64,000 nucleotides of DNA from Octopus sinensis (taxonomy: Eukaryota). The stretch covers positions 46,872,001 to 46,936,000 of the forward strand of contig NC_042998.1 in NCBI RefSeq assembly GCF_006345805.1, in the 5' to 3' direction. The notes beneath the pieces were generated by a model. The model did no database searches. It saw only the letters and a program-made list of their open reading frames with translations, and was not told the DNA's origin. How positions within the stretch are numbered: position 1 is the stretch's first letter; the number at the start of each line of letters is the position of its first letter. The position numbers and the translations under genes were made by a program. Positions 50,173 through 63,397 of the stretch are shown here, piece after piece.

Positions 50173-50735
50173 ATACACATATATACATCAAAATATATAG
50201 CATCAGCTGAATACGTGTGTAATATTGATTTTAAGGCATTAGTACCTGACAGCTACCTGATCAGAAGCTACTGATCTGATTATTTCTTCAACAATCTGGG
50301 ATATAACAGCCTAAACGGACGAAACTAAATAACACATGACTTTAAACCAGGAGTTATGTTTTAATGCTATTCCACTGCTCTCAGTACTATTGGACCGGGA
50401 ACTTATGCATGTGAAAACTTGTACATATGTCTATTGATGAACACACACGTATACATAGACATATATGCTCGTAAACATATATATTTATGGGTGTGTATAT
50501 GTGCGTATATACATCTAGACATTTATTATACGCCTACGCGTATGTAAATATTTATTTAAGTATATCATCATATTTAAATATACGTATATATCAAATTATA
50601 TATCAATATATATATATATATATATGTATGTATATACATACACACACACATACACACATACACACATACAGATACGCACACACACAATATACACATACAC
50701 ACATACAGATACGCACACACACACACACACATACA

Positions 50736-50768
<33 letters not shown>

Positions 50769-51397
50769 GTGAATAAATATGTGTGTCTGTGCTGTGTGTG
50801 TCTGTGTATAAATATAATATACATACGAATATACACTGACGAGTTTACGCATACACCCACGCAATCGCGCACAAACCGCAAAATACATACAGACACACAC
50901 ATATACACACGCATGCATACACTGAGTCACATATATCCTAAAATACAAAAACGTATATACAAATACTACAATAAAATAATCAACAAAAATGCCAATAAGT
51001 AAATAAACCTTTAAAGCTAAACAAATAAGAGACACTGAAAGAATGACACCGCCCACCCAAGTACGTGGTAGGGTTGACACCGAGAAAGGCTGGATAGGAG
51101 GGTATGTCTGTCAGGTAAGGAAATGGTACCGTGGTAGTGGAAATGGGGGTGATGGAAAAGGATATTGATAGTTTGTTTTCTATGAAGCGCGCGCGCGCGT
51201 GTGTGTGTGTGTATGTGTGTGTGTTTGTATGTGTGTGTGTGTTTGTATGTGTGTGTGTTTGTATGTGTGTGTTTGTGTGTGTGTGTGTGTGTATGTGTGT
51301 GTGTGTTTGTGTGTAGTTAGCTTGGTAGGAAGCATTCGTTCCGAAATTATAGATATTGGTGCTAGCTGTAGTACTAGTAGAAATAGTATTAGTATCG

Positions 51398-51455
<58 letters not shown>

Positions 51456-51494
51456 TAGTAGTAGTAGTACAACTATTACTACTATATCCGAAAA

Positions 51495-51815
51495 GATGAA
51501 ACGGCAAATCAATTTCAGAACTTAAAGACGGAAGAAATGTCACAAAGCATTTTGTCCGGTATGCTAATGATTCTGCCAGCTCACCGCCTTAGTAATAATA
51601 ATCCTTTCTCCGAAAGCACAAGACCTGAATTTTGCAGGGGGGGGGGTTCCCATTACATCGACCCCAGTGTTTCACTGGTACTTAATTTACCGACCCCGAA
51701 AGGATGAAAAGCAAAGTCGACCTCTGCTGAATTTGAACTCAGAATGTCAAGACGGACGAAACCCTGCTAAGCATTCCGTCCGGCGTGGTAACGATTCTTC
51801 CAGCTCACCGCCTAA
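51495..51815 (-). mobile_element. Two adjacent SINE family A copies (one partial)
   Basis: Family homology at 51495-51590 and 51600-51815. Confidence 0.85.
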
Positions 51816-52044
51816 GTAATATCAATGAGTAGCACTATTAGTAGTGTTACAACCAGTGGCACATATGGTAGCTGAGGTAGTGTCAGCAATTATGATAGTA
51901 GTAATAGCAGTAGTAGTAGTTGTGGTAGTGGTTGCTGCTGTTATGAAGGTGACAGCTTTGGACATGTTTTTTTGGTGGCGTGTTTTTTTTTTCTTTTCTA
52001 CTGATAACAGAACTGAGGAAAAACTTCTTACCATACAAGCGAGG

Positions 52045-52440
52045 CTTTGCAGTTAGACGTTTGCTTTCAAATCCCACATTGTTTCTGATCCAGTCCCTCT
52101 GCATGGATACTTGGGCAGGTGTCCCCCACTGTAGCTTCGTGTCGGTGAAGGCCTTGTGAGTGGGTTTGGGTCTTTGGGAGACGGAAACCGAAAAAAGCTC
52201 GTCGTATATATATATATATATATATATATAGATCGCCATGTTGATTCGTTAGCTACTGCACGCATTTTTTCTCTCCCTCTTTCTGTGTTTTTTTTCTCTC
52301 TGTGTATCTTTCTGTTGAAGAGCGTAGGCTCGAAACGTTAAAGACTTGTTTTATTTATATTTCCTGAGCGCATACTAATACAATTGTTCGTTTGTTTTCC
52401 ACCTGCCTTCGTCTTTTGTCTATTTTCATAAAGCTTCCCG

Positions 52441-52480
<40 letters not shown>

Positions 52481-52725
52481 TCTTTTACTTGTTTCAGTCA
52501 TTTGACTGCGGCCATGCTGGAGCACCGCCTTTAGTCGAGCAAATCGATCCCACGACTTATTCATTGTAAGCCTAGTACTTATTCTATCGGTCTCTTTTGC
52601 CGAACTGCTAAGTTACGGGAACGTAAACACACCAGCATCGGTTGTCAAGCGATGCTGGGGTGACAAACACAGACACACAAACATATACATATATACGACG
52701 GGCTTCTTTCAGTTTCCGTCTACCA
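52045..52725. mobile_element. SINE-B head (plus, 52045-52205), HHR-bearing fragment (52230-52442) and headless SINE-B (minus, 52478-52725), joined through (TA)n
   Basis: Family homologies; motif TCTTT-CTGTTGA-A-GAGC-GTAG-GCTC-GAAA-CGT-T-AAAGA at 52307-52344. Confidence 0.75.
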
Positions 52726-53194
52726 AACGGGGGGGGGGGCGATGTAACTGACTTGTCCTCTCCCCCAAATTTCAGGCCTTGTGCCTATTGTAGAAAGGAT
52801 AATTATTGTCGTTTGATTTTAAAAGAGCTTTTAGTGAGAGAGCATGGATGTCGTGTGGTAATCGAGGAGTTGTGATGATGACAGATCAGGTGGCTTGTTA
52901 ATTGTGGTGGCTGTGTCAAAGAATGTTCAGGTAGAACTCATAGAGTGTGGGTTGTTTTTCAGTACTTGGCCCTAAACTAGACTCGAACTCCAGTGAAAAT
53001 GTTTTCTTGCAATTTATTTCATAATTAAAACAGTAAAAGTTATATATTACGATGGACACAACAGACTAAGTAAGGATATTTAGTTTGTTTGTAAAGTTGG
53101 GCCATTGTATGAAAATGATGACCTGATTATAATGGATTTCAAATACAATTTGTTTGCAGTGTTGTTGGTTAAAATGTTTATTATTGATGTTGAA

Positions 53195-53590
53195 GATGAT
53201 AGAAACGTTAGCACGTCAGGCGAAATGCTTAGCTGTATTTCATGTCTTTACGTTCTGAGTTCAAATTCCGCCTTGGTCGACTTTGCCTTTCATCCTTTCG
53301 GGGTCGATTAAATAAGTACCAGTTACGCACTGGCGTCGATATAATCGACTTAATCCGTTTGTCTATCCTTGTTTGTCTTCTCTGTGTTTAGTCCCTTGTG
53401 GGCAGAAAAGAAATAAGAACGTTAGCACGTTGGGCGAAATGCTTAGCTGTATTTCGTCTGCCGTGACGGTCTGCCTTGATCGATTTTGCCTTTCATCCTT
53501 TCGGGATCGATTAAATAAGTACCAGTTACGCACTGGCGTCGATATAATCGACTTAATTTCCTTGTCTGTCCTTGTTTGTCCCCTTCTATG
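53195..53590 (+). mobile_element. SINE family A dimer
   Basis: Second copy restarts at AACGTTAGCACG directly after AAAGAAATAAG. Confidence 0.88.
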
Positions 53591-54057
53591 TTATAAAATA
53601 ATAAATATCTAAAACGATGACGACGGCCACGATGACGACAATTATGATGATGATCCCGATAATGATGGTGGCGACGATGATAGGAAAGACAGCATTAACG
53701 ACGACGATGATAATGGCAATGGGGATGATGATGATGAGGATGATAATAATTATGATGATGATGATGATGTTGATGATGATCACGATGATGATGATGGGGA
53801 CGGCGATGAATGTACATGTACTGCTGGGTGGATGTCATTAAACGGTGATGATAATGAGGAGGTGAAGGACGGCGGTAATTGTATATATACTATCAAGTGG
53901 ATGATGATAAAAGTGATGGCGTTCATACTGAAGACGGCAATTTTATGATGGAAGACTATTGACAATAATTTGCTATTTGGAGATGGTTTGGATGGATTGA
54001 AGATATCGTAATGAAATGCCAGTTAAACTGGTAAAATAATAAATAAAAAATAAATGC

Positions 54058-54590
54058 GTCCTTTTAAAGCCTAGCCAGACTCATGGGCCCGGTTTCCCGG
54101 TTTCAATGGTGTATGTGTTACCCATCTGGACGGGACGCCAGTCCATCGCAGCGTTACTCATTTTTGCCAGTTGAGTAAACTGGAGCAACGTGAAATGAAG
54201 TCTTTTGCTCAAGAACACAACGCGTCCTCGGTCCAGGAATCGAAACCACAATCTTACGATTATGGTGCTGACACCCTAACCACTAAGCTACGCGCCTCCA
54301 CTTAAACTGGTAAAAGGTAAGAGTAAAGACATCCTTCATTCACGAATGACTATGATTTTACACCTAGAATATTCCCCTCCGAGGCTGAAATCCGGGCAAG
54401 GTTGTTTATGGAAGACAAGCAGTCTTCCATGCCTACAAGTTTCTCCCGCCATACCACCAATGTTGTCGAAGGCAGAGGCAGAGGCCGATACAACTTGACA
54501 GCAGTGACACCACGACTCGTTTCTACAGCTGAGCGAACTGGAATGACGTGAAATAAAACGTCTTGTTCGAGAAGACAACACACAATCCGA
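54058..54590 (-). mobile_element. Two family C-related SINEs (54058-54305; 54330-54590)
   Basis: GAGGCGCGTAGCTTAGTGGTTAGG head with a CTGCGATGGACTGGCGTCCCGTCC block; the second is homologous to 21862-22190. Confidence 0.8.
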
Positions 54591-54859
54591 TCTGGATCTC
54601 TTTAACCACTGAGCCGGTATTAATGATGATAGTAGCGGGGGCAGCGGCTGCGATGGAAGTTAGTGGTGTGGATGTCGCGTCTATTGTTGTAGACATGCTC
54701 GTGATGAGGGTATTGGTGTTGAAAGTATGAAAGTGTGATGTCATCGGAATTCACTCTGCCACTGTATCATCAGATATTGTTACACATCGCATTGTTGTAG
54801 CTTTTGAAAGCTGTCACCCCGCTGGCTAAGCGAAATCTTTAACACACACACACACACAC

Positions 54860-54894
<35 letters not shown>

Positions 54895-54903
54895 TATATA
54901 TAT

Positions 54904-54937
<34 letters not shown>

Positions 54938-54938
54938 C

Positions 54939-54975
<37 letters not shown>

Positions 54976-55086
54976 CATATGTATATATACATATATATAT
55001 ATATATTTATTAATTTATTTATATATATTTATTTATTATATATATATATATGTATATATATATGTATATATGTATATATATATATA

Positions 55087-55357
55087 TTCTTTACTACCCA
55101 CAAGGGGCTAAACACAGAGGGGACAAACAAGGACAGACAAAGGGATTAAGTCGACTATATCGACCCCAGTGCGTAACTGGTACTTAATTTATCGACCCCG
55201 AAAGGATGAAAGGCAAAGTCGACCTCGGCGGAATTTGAACTCGGAACGCAACGACAGACGAAATACGGCTACGAATCTCGCCCGGCGTGGTAACGTTTCT
55301 ACCAGCTCGCCGCCTTTCTCGCCCGGCGTGGTAACGTTTCTACCAGCTCGCCGCCTT
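55087..55357 (-). mobile_element. SINE family A with a perfect 41-bp tandem duplication of its 5' end
   Basis: 55276-55316 is identical to 55317-55357. Confidence 0.92.
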
Positions 55358-55479
55358 TTTATATATATATATATACACGTTTATATATGCGTGTATATAT
55401 ATGTATATATGTATGCATATGTGTGAGTGTGTGTTCGTCCACGCGCGTGTTTGTGGGTTTGTGTGTGTGTGCGTGTATG

Positions 55480-55527
<48 letters not shown>

Positions 55528-56043
55528 ACATGTTCTGTATAAGTAATACACCTTTAAGAAGTTAGATATTGGGCTGGGTGTGAGGGTCAACCTCCGAGGC
55601 CTGGTGAATTTGATGGCCAACCAATATGACAGCTGAATCAGTAAGAAAGACAAGTTCTGAAAACAGATCATGTCAAAAAAAACAACCCAAAATACAATTA
55701 TGGGACAAGGAATATGTACCCAGCCTGCCCTTCACGCGCCATTGAAGGTGACGGTTCACAATAACTACCATACTGGATTTTGTTTCGCTTAGCTTTTTTG
55801 ACAGACATCGACACATACTAACACCCAGCCTCCCACACTCATACACATTCCCATACACTACTGTACTCACATTTACATATACTCTCATATACAGACTTTC
55901 ATACAATTTTATACACACACTCACACTTTTATACACACACATACATTCTTATGTACACATATTTATAAATGCTCACCGGTCACGCGTATACACCTCATAG
56001 GCCTACATGTAGACTCACACAACACAAAGTAAATTTACACACA

Positions 56044-56092
<49 letters not shown>

Positions 56093-56128
56093 CTATATAT
56101 TTATTAATATTCAGCTGAAGCAACTGGG

Positions 56129-56188
56129 TGACTCAAGGACCGAGAGTTTCGTGCGTTGGCACTAGTCAAACGAACGAAACTTGAGTCA
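56129..56188 (-). ncRNA. Disrupted hammerhead-like motif
   Basis: 9-bp TGACTCAAG/CTTGAGTCA stem, GTGC-CAAC-GCAC stem II, GAAA, GUC; 10-nt insertion before a degenerate core (UUGACUA). Confidence 0.4.
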
Positions 56189-56276
56189 TTTTGTTGTTTC
56201 CGCTAAATATTGATAAAATATACAAATACTGATATTTTGACTTGTATATTTCCTGATTGCATCACCAAAACTACAG

Positions 56277-56308
<32 letters not shown>

Positions 56309-56435
56309 CTAAGGGGGGGAAAGGGGCACAAATCAGCACCAGTATTGCTAGAAATAAGTGTCAAGACATCAAAATCCACGAAAGCACTATCTTGATGAGG
56401 GACAAGGGAGACAAGCTCTCTACGGTCGAAGATAG

Positions 56436-56497
56436 AGCCAGATCATCGATGATTTCGCATTTTGATGCGTAACACATCTTCATGCTCATCGGTGGCT
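56436..56497 (-). ncRNA. Type I hammerhead, core CCGAUGA, AUC site, within repeat 56285-56560 (second copy 57075-57290)
   Basis: AGCCA-CCGATGA-GCAT..ATGC-GAAA-TCATCGATGA-TC-TGGCT. Confidence 0.65.
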
Positions 56498-56582
56498 TTC
56501 ACCGTGCCTAGGGTTAAACTCAGATCGCCTTGTCAGCTTTTAAGATTTCCGTTGAAATCATACGCTGATTTCATAAACGGTA

Positions 56583-57010
56583 AAAGTGAAAATTATAAAT
56601 AACAGGCGCAGGAGTGGCTGTGTTGTAAGAAGCTTGCTTCCCAACCACGTGGTTTCGGGTTCAGTCCCACTGCGCGACACCTTGGGCAAGTGAAGTTTTA
56701 CTATAGCCTCGAGCCGACCAAAGCCTTGTGAGTGGACTTCGTAAACGGAAACTGAAAGAAGCCCATCGTATATATATATATATATACACACACATATGTG
56801 TGTGTGTCTTTGTGTCTGTGTTTGTCTCCATCGCTTGACAACGGATACTGGTGTGTTTACTTCCGCGTAGCCTAGCAGTTCGGCAAAAGTGATCGATAGA
56901 ATAAGTACCACGCTTACAAAGAATAAGTCCTGGGGTCGATTTATTCGCCTAAAAGGCGGTGCTCCAGCACGGCTCCAGTCAAATGACTGGAGCAAGTAAA
57001 AGAATAAAAG
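56583..57010 (+). mobile_element. SINE family B
   Basis: Family homology. Confidence 0.88.
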
Positions 57011-57774
57011 AATACAAGAAGAATATGGGTGGCTAATTCGCAATTTTACAACCCAGAAGCAGATATATATATACATCACTAAAGTGTCAAACGGCACTAA
57101 TCACCACAAGTATTGCTAGAAATAAGAGTCAAAACAACTGAATAACCACAGAATCACTATCTTAATGACCGACCAGGGAGGCAAGCTCCCTACGGCAGCA
57201 GATATAGCCAGATCATCGATGATTTCGCATCTAACGCGCCTTAACGCATCAACGAACATAGGGTTAAACTTAGTTCACCGTGTCAGCCACCGATAATTAA
57301 GAACAAGTCGAGTGCTGGGGTCGATGTAATCGACTTGCCCTCTTCCCCAAAATTTCAGTCTTTGTGCCTATAACACAAAAGAGTATTTAGTCAGCGTCCA
57401 TGACACTTATATTTGATCCCACCTCAAACTCGTCTTGGAACCAATACTAACGATATACCTTGCTCTCGATCAAACGATACGGTTTCCTAAATTACTGCTG
57501 TATCTAACTTTGTTAAATATTGTAATATTCTTTTAGACTCGTCCTTCTATCGGAAAAACATAGTTGCTGTCTACATGAAGAATTCTGGTTATTGTACTGT
57601 TAGGCGAGCTACTAATGACATATAGATTTTCAGTATTGGTAATATTCAGACAAAAAAAAAAGAGAGATGATACATATATATACAAAAGAAGTAGGATGTA
57701 CTTTAAAGGAAATTTGGCAGCTCTTTCTCACATTTGCAGCGACCAAGCAACAAACGGTCTTTGCTAATTTATAT

Positions 57775-57821
<47 letters not shown>

Positions 57822-57829
<8 letters not shown>

Positions 57830-58211
57830 GAGGGCATTATACATACATGCCAGAGGGCATTATATATACATGCCACACGCTAAGAGGGACAATTAGTCAT
57901 TTCTACCAAAAATATTACTAATCCCACCGAATGCAATTTTTCAAAGTAAGACATTTAAAAAATATAGACCTGTATCACAGTGATTTCATACTTACGTATT
58001 CATCAGCAGGCCTGAATGTATCATAAATAAACGACCCTGCCCCGCTTAAGCCGATCAGCTAACTGATCAACATCAACGAAGCACATGGGTGAAAAATTGC
58101 ATTCGGTGGGATTAGTAATATTTTTGGTAGAAATGACTAATTGTCCCTCTTAGCGTGTGGCATGTATGTATAATGCCCTCTGGCATGTATGTATAATGCC
58201 CTCTATATATA
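57822..58211. mobile_element. Fold-back insertion: 122-bp inverted arms around a 146-bp hammerhead-containing spacer
   Basis: 57822-57943 versus 58090-58211, one mismatch seen; TA-rich flanks. Confidence 0.9.
57967..58012 (-). ncRNA. Minimal type I hammerhead ribozyme, canonical core
   Basis: GGCCTG-CTGATGA-ATAC-GTAA-GTAT-GAAA-TCACTGTGA-TA-CAGGTC. Confidence 0.85.
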
Positions 58212-58330
58212 AATTAATATGTTCAATAAGAAATAATTATTTTCGAAATTTATTCTCTTATGAGGTTTTCACGCTATCTACCTGACAATTTCTTGTTAAG
58301 TTTTCCTTATTAATTAGTTGTCCTTAATTG

Positions 58331-58365
<35 letters not shown>

Positions 58366-58366
<1 letters not shown>

Positions 58367-58406
58367 TAGCATTAAAGACCCGTCGTTGCCGGGTCATAGT
58401 GCTAGT
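58366..58406. mobile_element. Helitron-terminus-like mini element
   Basis: CTAG..GACCCG-TCGTTGC-CGGGTC..CTAGT; the hairpin is followed by CTAG on both strands. Confidence 0.45.
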
Positions 58407-59200
58407 GCATGTATATATGTGTATATATATGTGTATATATTACATGTACATTTATATATATACATCTACACATAAAATACAAAATACAAAGTTATATCTT
58501 GATATCGCTAGTGATAACAATACTCAAAATATATAACAGACTGGAATTGTTAGCCCGTCTCTTGTAATTTCGATCAATTGGATCTTGTCCTCCCTCTTGT
58601 ATAGAAGTGTGGCTACAATCCAGCCTACCTCTACTTCTGGGGGGGGGGGTTATTTTTTTTCCAGGACGTCCTACGTCCCAGATATAAAGGTAAAAATAAA
58701 ATATTTCCACTTTGCAAGTTCGAGTCGAGTACTCCCTTGCACGCTCCGTTGACTCGAACCTTGCTTCTATTGTGGCGAATTTACCGCGTCTGATTAGATA
58801 TCTTTCGTAGTCGCACCAAGACACTCTTCGAAGGTGCTTTCCTCCATGTGTTCAAATCTTTTTTTTCTACATTGTATACTTTATAGACAATAGTCTTTAC
58901 TTTAATTTAATTTTTTATTATCCATCTGGACTATTCCATTTCTGCACGCTAATTTTATTTTTAATTTATTCCCATTCATGTGAAACCACTTATTCAAGTT
59001 CAAGTCATTGATGCAATTTTATACCAATTGCTATTTTTACTTTTGTTATGTTACGATTATATTATATTTTAGTTTGATTTTAATTATTACTTACTACATA
59101 TAATTCAATTGTTATTATTATTTTTATTGTTAAAGTGAAAGTATCTGACATAAAATAGAGAAATGCTTTTGTTTCACTTTTAACACATAATACTGAAATT

Positions 59201-59520
59201 GTGGAGAAGATATGATATTGCTATGGACTCGCTCTAGGCAAGAAGTTGAACATTTTTTGCCCATGAAACTACATGGACCCTAAGTAAGGCATGTGTAAAA
59301 TTTGAATGAAATTGGTTGTGTAGTTCTCAAGTTTTAGGGAATCGTAGTGGAGAAGATATGATATTGCTGTAGGCTCGCCCTAGGCAAAAAGTTAAAAACA
59401 TCTTTTGCCGATGACACTCCCCGGACCCTAAGTAAGGCATGTGTAAAATTTGAATTAAATTGGTTGTGTAGTTCTCAAGTTTTAGGGAAACACACAGACA
59501 GACAGACAAATAGACAGACA
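59201..59520 (+). repeat. Tandem ~145-bp unit pair followed by (GACA)n; Helitron/HINE-like
   Basis: 59201-59341 and 59347-59489 are diverged direct repeats. Confidence 0.7.
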
Positions 59521-61992
59521 CACATATATACACGTGTGTGTATCTTTCATGTAGGTGAGGTTGGTTGTGATGAAATAGCGAAAGAGTACACTGATAAACA
59601 GCAGCTCGAGAAAAGGGGTTAAGTGGTTGCAGGCCTAATAAACCCCAATTACATAATATAAAAGCAAACCATTTCTTGAAGTAGTTGATTATTTTAGTTT
59701 GTTTGGAGAAGCATTGTTCTTACAGTGTCTGGAGGGCCTTCATCACAAGGATGACACCTTTCCTGGATATCCACCGTGCATCTATATGCTGTTGGGGGTG
59801 AATAAGTGGAGTCCAAATGAAGTGGTTCAGTTGAGGTTTTATGAAACGATAAAACACTAGCAGGACCATCCCATTTGAACGCCACCTATTCACTCTCACG
59901 TGAATACTCTAACACTGTATCTGTATAGACACTCTTACTTTCAATACAGTCCAAGCATTGAACTAGTCGAAATACTTGCAGTTCAGCTCAACATTTCTTT
60001 TGAAGTTTTCTGATATCCATATCACTTGGAAAAACTGACGGAGCGCTAATTCCAATACACTTTCTACCAATACTGGTATAACTGAGGACTCAGTTTTTGT
60101 CTCTCGTACTCTTCCTTCTGTATTACATGCTGATATTTGTGGGTGGTGGTAGATCTCTGCTGGTTGAGGATTTCAGTGGTTCGATCAACTGAATAATCTG
60201 TTTCTGAAGTAACGTGTAAATAGTTGAACACTCCACTGACTCGTGTGCCGTTAACGTCATTCTTAGACACACTCAACGACACAGTGTGTGACAAGCTATA
60301 CCTTTAGAATTACTGGTACAATCCATCCGACGGGCTTCTATACAGTTTCCAATTACCTAATTCCACTCTCAGGGTACGGATCCACTGGAGGCTTTAGATT
60401 ACTTTTGCCCAAGACGAAGTGAGTTAGAAAGCGGGACCTCATCGTTACAAAGCAAAATTTTTAATCACTCGGCCTCACCGCGTCTAAGCTTTTAGTTATA
60501 AACTATATATAATCCTAGAAATAATATAGAACCTCTTTTATCTCCTTTCACTCCATAAACAGGCGTCATTTTTACGCAATCTCATCGCTCACACTAAATT
60601 TTATTACTTTAAACGAAAAGAAACGACAAAACACCTCCTTAGAGTGATCTGTCAACCCAGTATTTTTCAACGGCTACAAACGCAATCACAATAGATATCA
60701 AGGAAACAATCTTGCAACACTAGACACTTCCTACTTATAAACATCACACATATACAGGTCACTACAACTATTACGCCTCACAAATTTTGATTATATTTCA
60801 CGTCGATCACACATGTACAACATTACCAAATCAGTATTTCAAATACTAGACTTCCCTTTCTTGGTCCTAAAATACTTCAGCCATCAGCAATTCTTGGTTC
60901 TCTAAGTGAATCTAGGAAGTGCATCAAAACATGCACTGAAAATGAAACCTGTTTTTAGAACAGTCTCCTCATTTCTGTTTTAGTTCGGATGCTATACATA
61001 TCATTGTATACAATGTCCAGGTAAAAAGCATTAGACTGCTAGATAAACGTATATTTACCTGCACAGGACTACTAACTATTATAGTGCTATTTCTCTTGTT
61101 TCTCTTTTCTAGTTTTAATGTCCATTATGGAGCTAAACATGCAAGTGGTGTACCATCTCCTCTAAAAATCATTCAAATCACCAGTCTCGAACAACATGAC
61201 TAACAAAATCTTGTCTGAATCAAAACTATTATTACAAATGCGCCGTTACAAAGTGTCCCACACCAAAACAACAATGCTAGTAAAAATATCTCACCAACAC
61301 AACACTGACTAAAGTCGTTACCTTAGAATACAGCAGCAATAGCGTAAACATTCGCATGAATCAACACAGCATCACCACAAAATTATATCTGTGCCAAGCT
61401 AAGTAGTTTCCGTCAGGGTGGTTATGAAATTCATTTTGAAAAACAATACAGAATACACGAAATATATTTGAAGTTGAAACTTCTGATTTCGATACAACAT
61501 CATTTGAAAAGGTGGGAACGTTTAGAACTGGGTCAAAGCATTGCGGCCCTAACTAACTAACTAACAAAAAAGCACCCTAACACACAAATAAACAAAACCA
61601 ACTACGGATTATTTGCCGCATCATATCGATCTTATAAAAGAAAAATAAAAGAAGCAAAAAACAAAACTAGTACAAAATGTTTAGGAGAAATCGTTCTTAG
61701 ACAGTAATGACTAAGTTATTAACTGGAGTGACGTGGTTACTCATTACCTACGTGCTGCGTTGTAATGCTTTCTGCCATACAAACTATTTTCTGTCTTGAA
61801 CAATAAAGATTTCCTAGGCTGGAGAAGTGGAGACTATATCTACTTTAATATACGTTGCTGTTAGTGTTAAAAACACTGACCAATTTAACCTGTAGGTATT
61901 ATCAACCTTGCCTTTTATTTACTAAATGGCAGGAGAACTTTTTCAACTTACTATTTTACCAATCCATCTGTTTCTCTGTCTATCTACGCGCG

Positions 61993-62029
<37 letters not shown>

Positions 62030-62214
62030 ACGTACGTACGTATATAGGGCATGGAGGTATTTGTGTATACTGCGTCAGTCTGGGCCCGTTATTTGTCTCT
62101 GTAAAATTTGGTGCTTGTAATGTCTGAAATACATTAGCCAGAACTTAAAAATGTTATCCCTCAAACTTATTGTTACTAAGCTGTGTCAGCGGTAAACATT
62201 TAAAATTAGTGTTC

Positions 62215-62820
62215 TTTTCCACACTAGGCACAAAACTTGAAATTTGGGGGAGGGGGCCAGTTTAATTAGATTAAACCCTATACGCAAGTGGTATTTAATT
62301 TATCGACCCTGAAAGGATGAAAGGCAAAGTCGACCTCGGCGGAATTTGAACTCAGAACGAAAAGACTGACGAAATATCGCTAAGCATTTCACCCGGCGTG
62401 CTAACGATTCTGCCAGCTCGCTGCCTTATTTAATACTTTCTACAAAAGGCACAAGGCCTGAAATTCAGGGGGAGGAGACTAGTCGATGTGTTTCACTGGC
62501 GCTTAATTTATCGACCGCAAAAGGATGAAAAGCAACGTCAACCTCAGCAGAATTTGAACTCAGAACGTACTGACGGGCGAAATACCTATTTCTTTATTAC
62601 CCACAAGGGTCTAAACATAGAGGGGACAAATAAGGACAGACAAAGGGATTATGTCGATTACATCGACTCCAGTGCGTAACTGGTACTTAGTTTATCGACC
62701 CCAAAAGGATGAAAGGCAAAGTCGTCCTCGGCGGAATTTGAACTTAGAACGTAACGGCAGACGAAATACGGTTACGCATTTCGCCCGGCATGCTAACGTT
62801 TCTGCCAGCTCGCCGCCTTA
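62215..62820 (-). mobile_element. Cluster of SINE family A copies including a dimer
   Basis: Junction GAAATACCTATTTC at 62579-62592. Confidence 0.88.
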
Positions 62821-63012
62821 TTTAATATTAATGTTCCAGCTAAATGGTAACTGAATACAACCGAGACGTTTTCAGATAATATATTTGGGGTTGAGACTGG
62901 CACTGCAAGCTTATATGCTTCCACAAAACTCTCTTTTTAAACACCAGGTATAGACAATTATATTTAAAATTAGACACAAATTCAGACAACCCCACATAAA
63001 GACAAACACACT

Positions 63013-63231
63013 TACAAGGGAGTACTGAGAAGTTCCTGACTTTGGGAAAAAGAAAATACAGGAGAATCAGTTAATTATGATTTTATTCAACATATTCCAC
63101 TATCAGATTCACACACTTACTGCAGCGCTCCTTCAGTTTTTCTAAACTCTGTAAAAAACTCGGAAGGTTGGCCTCCAGCCAGGCCTTTCGCGACACCCTT
63201 AAAACTAAGAACTTTTTAGCACCCCCTCGTA
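63013..63231 (-). mobile_element. Mariner-derived miniature element
   Basis: Imperfect TIRs TACAAGGGAGTACTGAGAAGTTCC and reverse complement TACGAGGGGGTGCTAAAAAGTTCT; internal LEKLKERCSKCVNLIVEYVE*, a mariner C-terminus. Confidence 0.8.
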
Positions 63232-63278
63232 TATATGTGTGTGTGCTTATATATACACTCATACATACATACATATAT

Positions 63279-63346
<68 letters not shown>

Positions 63347-63359
63347 ATATATATATATA

Positions 63360-63395
<36 letters not shown>

Positions 63396-63397
<2 letters not shown>

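Noticed and set aside
59690-60300. RTE-type RT remnant on the minus strand
   Set aside because: Only vague motif resemblance across multiple stops; it needs a profile search
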